This document shows positions 11,178-30,157 of a stretch of DNA of 64,000 nt, piece after piece. The notes beneath the pieces were generated by a model. That model saw only the letters and a program-made list of their open reading frames with translations, did no database searches and was not told where the DNA came from. The stretch is from Chrysomallon squamiferum (lineage: Eukaryota; Animalia; Mollusca). The position numbers and the translations under genes are program-made. The first letter of the stretch is position 1. Every line of letters begins with the position of its first letter. The stretch is from assembly GCA_012295275.1 (NCBI GenBank), contig CM022665.1, positions 34,844,001 to 34,908,000 of the forward strand. Reading direction: 5' to 3'.

Positions 11178-14100
11178 CTACTCGACAAGAGATTGAGAAG
11201 ATGAGAACGAGTCGAGTTTGTCTCGCTTGTCGTCATCCAAAGACTGAGAAGATGAGAACGAGTCGAGTTTGTCTCGCTTGTCGTCATCCAGAAACTGAGA
11301 AGACGAGAACGAGTCACTGATTTCTCTCTTGTCGTCATCCAGAGACTGAGAAGAGGAGAACGAGTCGAGTTTGTCCCTCTTGTCGTCGTCCAGAGATTGA
11401 GAAGATGAGAAAGAGTCGAGTTTATCTCGCTTGTCGTCATCCAAAGACTGAGAAGATGAGAACGAGTCGAGTTTGTCTCGCTTGTCGTCATCCAGAGACT
11501 GAGAAGACGAAAACGAATCAAGTTTGTCTCGTTTGTCGTCATCCAAAGACTGAGAAGATGAGAACGAGTCAAGTTTGTCTCGCTTGTCGTCATCCAAAGA
11601 CTGAGAAGATGAGAACGAATCAAGTTTGTCTCGCTTGTCGTCATCCAAAGACTGAGAAGATGAGAACGAGTCCAGTTTGTCTCGCTTGTCGTCCTCCAAA
11701 GACTGAGAAGATGAGAACGAGTCCAGTTTGTCTCGCTTGTCGTCATCCAAAGACTGAGAAGATGAGAACGAGTCGAGTTTGTCCCTCTTGTCGTCGTCCA
11801 GAGATTGAGAAGATGAGAAAGAGTCGAGTTTGTCTCGCTTGTCGTCATCCAGAGACTGAGAAGATGAGAACGAGTCACTGATTTCTCTCTTGTCGTCATC
11901 CAGAGACTGAGAAGATGAGAACGAGTCAAGTTTGTCTCGCTTGTCATCATCCAGAGACTGAGAAGATGAGAACGAGTCGAGTTTGTCCCTCTTGTCGTCG
12001 TCCAGAGATTGAGAAGATGAGAAAGAGTCGAGTTTGTCTCGCTTGTCGTCATCCAGAGACTGAGAAGACGAAAACGAGTCAAGTTTGTCTCGCTTGTCGT
12101 CATCCAAAGACTGAGAAGATGAGAACGAGTCCAGTTTGTCTCGCTTGTCGTCATCCAAAGACTGAGAAGATGAGAACGAGTCAAGTTTGTCTCGCTTGTC
12201 GTCATCCAAAGACTGAGAAGATGAGAACGAATCAAGTTTGTCTCGCTTGTCGTCATCCAAAGACTGAGAAGATGAGAACGAGTCAAGTTTGTCTCGCTTG
12301 TCGTCATCCAAAGACTGAGAAGATGAGAACGAGTCAAGTTTGTCTCGCTTGTCGTCATCCAAAGACTGAGAAGATGAGAACGAGTCGAGTTTGTCCCTCT
12401 TGTCGTCGTCCAGAGATTGAGAAGATGAGAAAGAGTCGAGTTTGTCTCGCTTGTCGTCATCCAGAGACTGAGAAGATGAGAAAGAGTCGAGTTTGTCCCT
12501 CTTGTCGTCATCCAGAGACTGAGAAGACGAAAACGAGTCAAGTTTGTCTCGCTTGTCGTCATCCAGAGACTGAGAAGATGAGAAAGAGTCGAGTTTGTCC
12601 CTCTTGTCGTCGTCCAGAGATTGAGAAGATGAGAAAGAGTCGAGTTTGTCTCGCTTGTCGTCATCCAGAGACTGAGAAGATGAGAAAGAGTCGAGTTTGT
12701 CCCTCTTGTCGTCATCCAGAGACTGAGAAGACGAAAACGAGTCAAGTTTGTCTCGCTTGTCGTCATCCAAAGACTGAGAAGACGAGAACGAGTCACTGAT
12801 TTCTCTCTTGTCATCATCTAGAGACTGAGAAGATGAGAACGAGTCACTGATTTCTCTCTTGTCGTCATCCAGAGACTGAGAAGATGAGAACGAGTCAAGT
12901 TTGTCTCGCTTGTCATCATCCAGAGACTGAGAAGATGAGAACGAGTCGAGTTTGTCCCTCTTGTCGTCGTCCAGAGATTGAGAAGATGAGAAAGAGTCGA
13001 GTTTATCTCGCTTGTCGTCATCCAAAGACTGAGAAGATGAGAACGAGTCACTGATTTCTCGCTTGTCATCATCCAGAGACTGAGAAGATGAGAACGAGTC
13101 AAGTTTGTCCCTCTTGTCATCATCCAGAGACTGAGAAGATGAGAACGAGTCGAGTTTGTCCCTCTTGTCGTCGTCCAGAGATTGAGAAGATGAGAAAGAA
13201 TCGAGTTTGTCTCGCTTGTCGTCATCCAGAGACTGAGAAGACGAAAACGAGTCAAGTTTGTCTCGCTTGTCGTCATCCAAAGACTGAGAAGATGAGAACG
13301 AGTCAAGTTTGTCTCGCTTGTCGTCATCCAAAGACTGAGAAGATGAGAACGAGTCAAGTTTGTCTCGCTTGTCGTCATCCAAAGACTGAGAAGATGAGAA
13401 CGAGTCGAGTTTGTCTCGCTTGTCGTCATCCAAAGACTGAGAAGACGAGAACGAGTCACTGATTTCTCTCTTGTCATCATCTAGAGACTGAGAAGATGAG
13501 AACGAGTCACTGATTTCTCTCTTGTCGTCATCCAGAGACTGAGAAGATGAGAACGAGTCAAGTTTGTCTCGCTTGTCATCATCCAGAGACTGAGAAGATG
13601 AGAACGAGTCGAGTTTGTCCCTCTTGTCGTCGTCCAGAGATTGAGAAGATAAGAAAGAATCGAGTTTATCTCGCTTGTCGTCATCCAAAGACTGAGAAGA
13701 TGAGAACGAGTCAAGTTTGTCTCGCTTGTCGTCATCCAAAGAATGAGAAGACGAGAACGAGTCACTGATTTCTCGCTTGTCATCATCCAGAGACTGAGAA
13801 GATGAGAACGAGTCAAGTTTGTCCCTCTTGTCATCATCCAGAGACTGAGAAGATGAGAACGAGTCGAGTTTGTCCCTCTTGTCGTCGTCCAGAGATTGAG
13901 AAGATGAGAAAGAGTCCAGTTTGTCTCGCTTGTCGTCATCCAGAGACTGAGAAGACGAAAACGAGTCAAGTTTGTCTCGCTTGTCGTCATCCAGAGACTG
14001 AGAAGACGAAAACGAGTCCAGTTTGTCTCGCTTGTCGTCATCCAAAGACTGAGAAGACGAGAACGAGTCACTGATTTCTCTCTTGTCATCATCTAGAGAC

Positions 14101-14695
14101 TGAGAAGATGAGAACGAGTCACTGATTTCTCTCTTGTCGTCATCCAGAGACTGAGAAGATGAGAACGAGTCAAGTTTGTCTCGCTTGTCATCATCCAGAG
14201 ACTGAGAAGATGAGAACGAGTCGAGTTTGTCCCTCTTGTCGTCGTCCAGAGATTGAGAAGATGAGAACGAGTCGAGTTTGTCTCGCTTGTGGTCATCCAA
14301 AGACTGAGAAGATGAAATGAAGTAGAGTTTGTCTCGCTTGTTGTCGTCTGGTAAACAGATTCATTGTTGTAAACAGAAACAAAATGAATTAATAATATTT
14401 TTGACAAGTAACAGTGAATACGTGTTTAAAGAAAATCATAGGATTCTGACAAAAAATTAATTTAGAAATTACTTTCAAATTTTCTTAAATTATCTCAGCA
14501 AAACATATTGGCAATTTATTCAGATTCTTCTCTAAAAAGACTAACTGTTTGAAAAGAAATTGTTTTTTACATACCAGAAAGAGGGACATTTTCGTACGTT
14601 TCTTCCCTCTTCTGCATCATAAAACCATTGTTAAGCGATTTTCCGAATGCAAAACCAACAAGGGCAAATCCTAAGGTTAGTAGTAGAAAGTTCAT
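11178..14695 (-). CDS. Secreted tandem-repeat polyprotein/prohormone-like precursor (~1096 aa) with ~62 KR-delimited acidic Ser-rich peptides
   Basis: Exon 1 14695..14575 encodes MNFLLLTLGFALVGFAFG (signal) KSLNNGFMMQ-KR-EETYENVPLS, with donor G|gtatgt. Exon 2 14347..11178 (acceptor tttaccag) continues in frame as DDN-KR-DKLYFISSSQSLDDH-KR into the 1040-aa ORF: 60 full 17-aa units plus a terminal DKLDSFSSSQSLVE*. TATA box upstream; poly(A) signals near 10983. Confidence 0.88.
11181..14345 (-). repeat. Coding 51-bp tandem repeat array (~62 units)
   Basis: Plus-strand unit gagaagatgagaacgagtcgagtttgtctcgcttgtcgtcatccaaagact (51 bp). Two peptide types: ~50 DKL-type and 10 EIS-type. Confidence 0.97.
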
Positions 14696-14740
14696 AGTGC
14701 AGTAACAAGTTCTTTCGTTTTTCGAAGCAATAGCGTATAA

Positions 14741-14777
14741 ACTGTGATTTGTTTTGACAAATGTTATTCCTTTTATA
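14741..14777 (-). promoter_or_regulatory. TATA box and initiator-like element of the repeat-precursor gene
   Basis: Minus-strand CCTATAAAAGG (TATAAAA 14777-14771) lies ~32 nt upstream of ATCACAGT (Inr-like, ~14745) and ~80 nt upstream of the ATG. Confidence 0.65.
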
Positions 14778-15160
14778 GGCAAGCATCCCTTGGCTGAGAA
14801 ATAAGTAGCAAAATATTTTCATATTTCCACTAAGCCGCACTGTGATATCTTTTTATTAACTGACCAACAGCTAGGAGGGCAGCTTGAAATTACTTTATTG
14901 CAATAAATCAGGTACTAGTTAACAGGTGTTACACGACTAAAACAAAATATTCTCGTTTTTGAACATTTTAATTATTTACCGAAGTACCAGTTTTGTTGCT
15001 TAAAATTTCTTTTGAAAATGATGATTGCAAATAAAGGACATACTTCTAAAAGTCTATTTTTAATTAAATAAATTTTGAAAAGGTACATCATATTACAATT
15101 TAATTAACATGCCTCTAAAAAAACATTTAAAAAAAAAAAAAAAGTAATTATAACGAATCT

Positions 15161-15163
<3 letters not shown>

Positions 15164-15239
<76 letters not shown>
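15164..15239. repeat. (AG)n microsatellite
   Basis: Direct inspection. Similar runs: (TC)n 15996-16068, (CT)n 17957-18021, (AG)n 27794-27879, (TAT)n 17118-17182, (AAT)n 4979-5025, (TTA)n 9490-9535. Confidence 0.95.
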
Positions 15240-15243
<4 letters not shown>

Positions 15244-15702
15244 CTTATTTATATCACTAAATTTCATTCAAAAGCCTATGAAATCATTCATCCTCAATCA
15301 TTTCTAATTACACATTATGTCACATATAGTTTTGATTACTAGAGAGACTTTCTTTATCATATTAGACATAATCTAGGAGAATTCGATTAAATATATTAAT
15401 AATGTGCTAAGGATGTGTTTAAATAAAACATTTCTCCCTTCATTTTTCATCTGCGATAAATAATTTAATTTTAAAATACACCAGACATAAACAAATACAC
15501 ATTTGGTCATACCCAAACACATACACACAGTCGTACACGTTAAAAAAAGAAGGGAAAAAATCAGTGAATCGTTTTAATATCATTTTACTGGAAATTTATA
15601 TGCAAATCCATCATTATTTTCTGGCAGTTTGTGTATCAGGATCGCTTCTTATGTCTTTTCCTACCTAGAGGTAATTTGTGCTCCATAATTGATCCTCTAA
15701 AG

Positions 15703-15957
15703 CACTGGTTTTCAACCTTTTTATACCGTGACTCCTTATGAGCAACTCAATATGACTTATGACCCCCTTTAAAAAATTTGATTCAATAATATCTAGGGTT
15801 ACCATATTTTCATCAACAAAAGACAGTACAAAAGGAATCTATATTCAATATGACCTATCTACACGTTTTTATTTATTCCTCCTTCCAAGTCAAGCTGAAA
15901 AAAGCTAAAACATACCCTCCTCAAGAACGATCAAGAAAAAAGGCTTGAAAACCTATG
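15703..15957. mobile_element. hAT (Charlie/Buster-type) MITE
   Basis: Left CACTGGTTTTCAACCTTTTT; right end reverse complement CATAGGTTTTCAAGCCTTTTT. 8-bp flanks ctctaaag / ctgtaaac (6/8) with TA at positions 4-5. Confidence 0.65.
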
Positions 15958-15991
15958 CTGTAAACAATAATTATTACTATATTGTTATGTT

Positions 15992-16071
<80 letters not shown>

Positions 16072-16948
16072 ATGTGTCTCTGTGAAATAATTCTATTGAC
16101 GTTGTAAAATAAATTAAATGATATTTAAACAAAAACACCTAGGGGTTGTTGCTTAATTTATAAAATCCGCGATAAAATGCTAGCATGTGGTTATCTGAGA
16201 TAAAATTTAACTGGCATGTGACAGAAATAAACGAAAACGGTTATCAGATATCCAGTGTTAATCGAAAACATAAATGCAACTGTCTCGAATCCCTGTGTAT
16301 ATATAAGTTTTGTAAACAGATGTTATACGTTAACTCTACTACCAAGCGAATAACGAAGAGACATTTAGAAACTATTGTTACAATGCAGTTGAGAAAATCC
16401 TTATGATTTTATCGCAGTTTGTTTATATTTTAATGAATATGTTTTTTGTTATTATTAATTAATAGTTTAGAAGAAAATAATTCCTAAAATACATCGCCGC
16501 AAAGCTAGATTTAATAGACAAAATAATATTGTAATTAGGTATGTCTATACGTTCATCTGTGTGTGTGTGTGTGTTTTCAATTCCTATATTGTTTCTATTA
16601 TATGACTGACTTTTCCCGATGTTTGATACATAGGTCTAATTATTTAATATTTATAAAGACAAATGATGCAGATTTATTCAGTTTTGTTATTTGTGTTTCT
16701 TTTCTTCCATTTTTATTTTGTTGTTTTTCCTTCTTCCTTTTTTCATTAATGGCAGATATAACTGACAGTCTTTAATTACATTACTGACTGAAACTGACTG
16801 TTAATTAACGTTAATATTTATTTTTCTAAAATCTAGTTGTATCATTGTAATGAAATATAATTTATTGTTTTTCTTGGAAGTAAAACTAAAACATATATTT
16901 ATTTTCTCATTATAATTATAAAAACTCTCAGTAGAAATATCCAATAAT

Positions 16949-16981
<33 letters not shown>

Positions 16982-17116
16982 AATAATAATAATAATAATA
17001 ATAAAGTAAAAGTATTCATTAGTACTTCACTATTTGTTTGAATGACTACAGTTTTGCAGGTCTGTCTAAATCTGTCATGTAAATGTTATCAGCTATTAAA
17101 AAATAAATTACAATGC

Positions 17117-17183
<67 letters not shown>

Positions 17184-17951
17184 TATTTATTTATTTTATT
17201 TTATTTTATTTTATTTTGTTTTATTTATTTATTTGTTTTTTGTGGGGTTTGTTAAAGGAAAAAGGAAAAAGGGAAAATAAAAATAAAAATTAATGCATGA
17301 ACTATTTGCCTGTATTAATTACATTCAAAACTGTAGCTTAATATTTTATTATTGTTTTTGTTATTTGTATTTTCTTTATTTTTTATTATTATTATTTTTT
17401 TATTTTTTTATTTATTATAATTATTTATTTATCTATTCTTTTATTAGGGATGATGAACGAGTGTACTGAAAAAAATATTTGAAAAGATAATTTTCCTTTC
17501 ATTTGAGAAAATTACTAAATAATATCTTAGATATCCTGAGAAGAAATTGTTTCTTTCTTTCTTTTTTTTCTTTTTCTTTTTTTAAATTCTGTTGTGTTTT
17601 CATCGTTATATATTGAACGACATATTTTTTCATGTTTTATTAACGCTGTTGTTATTTGTGTTTGTGTGCGTTCGTGCGTATGTGATGACTAATAAAAAGT
17701 TCAGGAAAGATACCCATGGCTCCTGTCCAGATGATGAGATAACCTTGTTACAGAAACAAGCAGAGAAAAATCAACAACACAACGATCGATAAAAGTGACA
17801 GATTTGTTTTATAAAAATTGTTTGTATTCAGTTGCTGCTGTTTCGTTTTCCTTATTATAACTTTTTAATAACCAACTTCAAAATGAATTAAAAAGCAAAC
17901 ACTGAACAAGGTTTTTTTTATTGTCATCGGTTATTATTATTATTATCATCA

Positions 17952-18024
<73 letters not shown>

Positions 18025-18648
18025 GTAGGTTCGTTATAATTACTTTTTTTTAAATGTATTATTATTATTATTTATTTATTTATTTATTTTTCTCTGTTTC
18101 TCTTTTATTTATTATTATTATTTTTTACTTTTTTTTAGTAGATTCATTATAATTACTTTTTAAAAAATGTATTATTATAGAAAGTAACTGATTGAAAACC
18201 TAGCCACAATCTTTTTCTTTTTTTAAAATGTGTTTAAAAATGTTTCCGTTGGTCTCGTCCCATCTGTTCCATGTGTATTTAGACTAACTCAAATAGTTGC
18301 TTATAAAATATATGTTGATGTGCCGACACACACACACACACTTATTTGTATAATATATTTAAATCAAAACTTAAGAACGTCATATAAATATAAAACTGTT
18401 TATTATGGATAAAAACAGTTAGAGAGCAGAGAGGTCGAACAGTCTCGTTGTCTCCAAAGTTCTAGTAGATTTTTGTCTGAAGATCGATGAAAACCTCTGC
18501 AGTTTCCCGTCCGACACCATTCAAAGAAAACTGGCATGTAAGAATCGGCTCAAACATTCACATAGAATTTTATTTTTGTATATAGGCACATATATTTAAT
18601 TATATATATAATAATAATAATAGAGAGGACCATCCCGTTATACTAATC

Positions 18649-19615
18649 CAGTGATTCTCAAAGAGACGTGGTTAGGTGTGCCCCACGAAATTCTAGGAAG
18701 AAGGTAGATATTTGTGATGATAAAAAAGGGATTATGTTAAAAGCGGAAAGATATCTAGTAAGAAATAGCCTGTTGCCCGGAAGAAGATTTTATACACGTT
18801 GTACACTCGTTCGAAACGAGTTCTGGCTGATGAGCAAGCGCGGTTGCTCAAGGTTGCGCAGTAGTTTACCAGTGACAGTATGAGTGATAGGGTGTGCAAG
18901 TGTGATAAATAGCCAAAGTTTTCTTGTGACACATATTCCTATGACTGTCACAGTCTCTACCCATCTAAAACTTTAATACTTTATGGAATTTTAGCCTATT
19001 GTAATGTTACATTTGTTAAAAGCAAACGATTGATAAAAGTTTTCCCTCACTGCACAATGCACACAATTAAAAATATAGTCTTTGTTTTTTTTTTTTTTTT
19101 TGACATTTTAACAGTCCATTGCTTTGTATTCATATTACAATATTTTTGAAGAAATTGCCAAGACACGTCAGGCTCTTATTTCTCATCAGCACAAAATAGA
19201 TAATGAATAAAGATATATGCTCACACAAGGGCGGTAACTCTAAATAGATCAGTGAACATCTCTCATGCAAGGGCGGTAGCTCTAAATATATATCAGTGAA
19301 CATCTCTCGCATGAGGGCGGTAACTAAATGTATCAGTTAACATCTCTCACAGAAGAAAAAACAAACGGTACAGATCCCAGACGAGAACCGTTTATACGCG
19401 AAATGAGGAAGAATCTGACATAGATGTAGACAGCGAGGATAGACAACCTCAGCAGCATGCTCCGCAACCGATTCAGCCGCAATATCCTTCTTTCAGTTAT
19501 TTCTGTATTTTTTTACATTTTGTATTATATTTCTTAGCATTTTATGTGTAGTGTGCCCGCAATTTTTTGTAAGGCTTCGAGTGTGCCCGGACTTCAAAAA
19601 GTTTGAGAACCACTG
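18649..19615. mobile_element. Non-autonomous hAT (Charlie/Buster-type) DNA transposon, 967 bp
   Basis: TIRs CAGTGATTCTCAAA (18649) and TTTGAGAACCACTG (ends 19615). 8-bp TSD tactaatc / cactaatc (7/8, central TA). Internal ~41-43-bp tandem repeat x3 at ~19220-19350. Confidence 0.85.
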
Positions 19616-21116
19616 CACTAATCAATTAGATGGGGCGAAATCGTGGCGAGTCCTATGCAAATGACGTCACAAGTACATAAACGAGAAAAAAGCGGCGATC
19701 TCGATTTTTTAGAAACTGACTCCATCGTATTTTATTTTGATATTCTAAAAAATAAATATGTAGAACCTCGAAATAATCCTTAAGAATCCTCAAAATCTGT
19801 CCTCATCGGTGAAATAAATTACTTTTTTTTTTTTTTTTTTTTTAAATTTGCTATACATGTACTAGGGTATTGAATGTATATTTACGTAAGGTACGCATAC
19901 ATACATACGATAGTATCGATGTATGTATGTATAATGGCTGTACACGGCCTTTCAAATATCACAACTGACCGAAGTTCACGCTCCATTTTAGTTATATCAG
20001 TGAAAAAGGATCAAGGTTAGAAAATGTGTTTTTGACATGTTTTAAAAACGTGTGGTGCAAACTAAATTACAATATGAACTTTTAAAAAAATGTTTCTCTC
20101 AATTGCAGCTTCAAAACAAAAGCTACAAATACATAAACAAAAACAGCAAAATAAAACAATTTTATTTATGTAGAACAGCAATGTACATATATAAATGTAC
20201 AATAAACATATCATTAATTGGAAAAAAAAAAATTTAGAACAATTTATTTGTTATTCAAATTCCTAATGTATTATTAAAATAAAACTATATTTAAACATGC
20301 ATTCATCCAAATTTACTACAGTAAAAAACGTCCCAGCTTTTAAAAAGGAAGTGGAATTTGTTGTTTCATAGGTGCTTGTATCAAAACTTTATCTTTACAA
20401 TTATATATATATATATATATACACACACACCCAGACACATATTTTTTTTTTTCGATTTGCTTGTTTCTTGAAGTCTTTGATTTCAAAACTATTCAAAATC
20501 ATATTAAAGATATAAAAGCAATTAAAATAACTTTAAGAAATAATAGCGAAATAACAACAAATTCTTTCTTTATAGCTCAGTTATAAATCTGTTACTTTAT
20601 GAAGTCTATTTTTTGTTTTATGTTAAGTTAATTTTGTTATTAAATTAATCTTCATGGAATAGTAATATAGTTTTAAATATAAGTGACTCTGTAAACATTA
20701 ATATAAAATTAAAGTTTTCTATATTAACATTTAATTAAAAAATAACTTTTCTCTTTGCATAAGACCGATTTAAACTAAATTACTAAATATGATTTAGTCC
20801 AATTTAATAAAATATTAAGATAGATCAAAATACTTAATCATTTTTAAAAGTTAATTTGTTTACCAAAAATGTTACAAATGTTCTAGTTGCACTATGATGT
20901 AATACATATTCCAGCAGCATGATATAACGAACATGATAATAATACATTTATAAAATTAGTGTAAAAATTCATTTACTATTTTGCACTCTGTTATTTAACA
21001 AAGTTAATTTATTTTCTCTTCAGTAACTAACAAGATTATATATAAATGTCTAAGAATTTATAACAATCTCAAATATGACTAAATGGATGAACCATGTAAC
21101 TATAACAGTTTCTAGT

Positions 21117-29836
<8,720 letters not shown>

Positions 29837-30157
29837 TTTCGTGGAATCTTAAGCGTGGACTTTCTCTAGGTGATAAAATTTACCCGCCTTTCTACGTCAC
29901 AAATAAAACAAATATTATAAATACTTATTTTTAACATTTTTAATTTAATTTTTTGTCATTATTGTGATCGAAGTAAAAATTATGAAACATGCTGCCATAA
30001 TATTTAATGCAAAATTATAATTTCACTGTATTTACAAAATCTCGTTTTCAGTGATTTCAATTCATGGGCGCAGCCATTAGTTGTTCTGGAACCGTCCGCA
30101 AGCGCATGTTTTGTTATCCGTTGCCATCCACAAAGTGACTGCTAATTAACAATCATC
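29837..30157. promoter_or_regulatory. Bidirectional DTL/CCT4 promoter (321 bp ATG-to-ATG)
   Basis: Head-to-head start codons and local CpG enrichment. E2F-like TTTACCCGCC (29879-29888), CRE-like TACGTCA (29893-29899), HSE-like GTTCTGGAAC (30083-30092), NRF1-like CGCAAGCGCATG (30097-30108). Confidence 0.7.

Noticed and set aside
11181-14345. CRISPR-like regular repeat array
   Set aside because: No unique spacers; eukaryotic spliced context; the 51-bp period is a multiple of 3 and encodes a signal-peptide-linked ORF.
11181-14345. Assigning the precursor to pedal peptide/orcokinin
   Set aside because: Only a short xLDS resemblance; it lacks the Gly-rich core and hydrophobic C-terminus typical of those peptides. 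Kept as an alternative hypothesis only.
11162-14407. Long overlapping ORFs in other frames and strands of the array (e.g. 551 aa, 294 aa)
   Set aside because: By-products of a stop-free 51-bp unit; they break at positions that are silent in the main frame.
18668-18883. Functional transposase in the hAT element
   Set aside because: Only weak, frameshifted resemblance, and the element is far too short to be autonomous.
18933-18941. U17/snR30 m1 motif ATATTCCTA
   Set aside because: No m2 motif or H/ACA frame; lies inside a hAT element.
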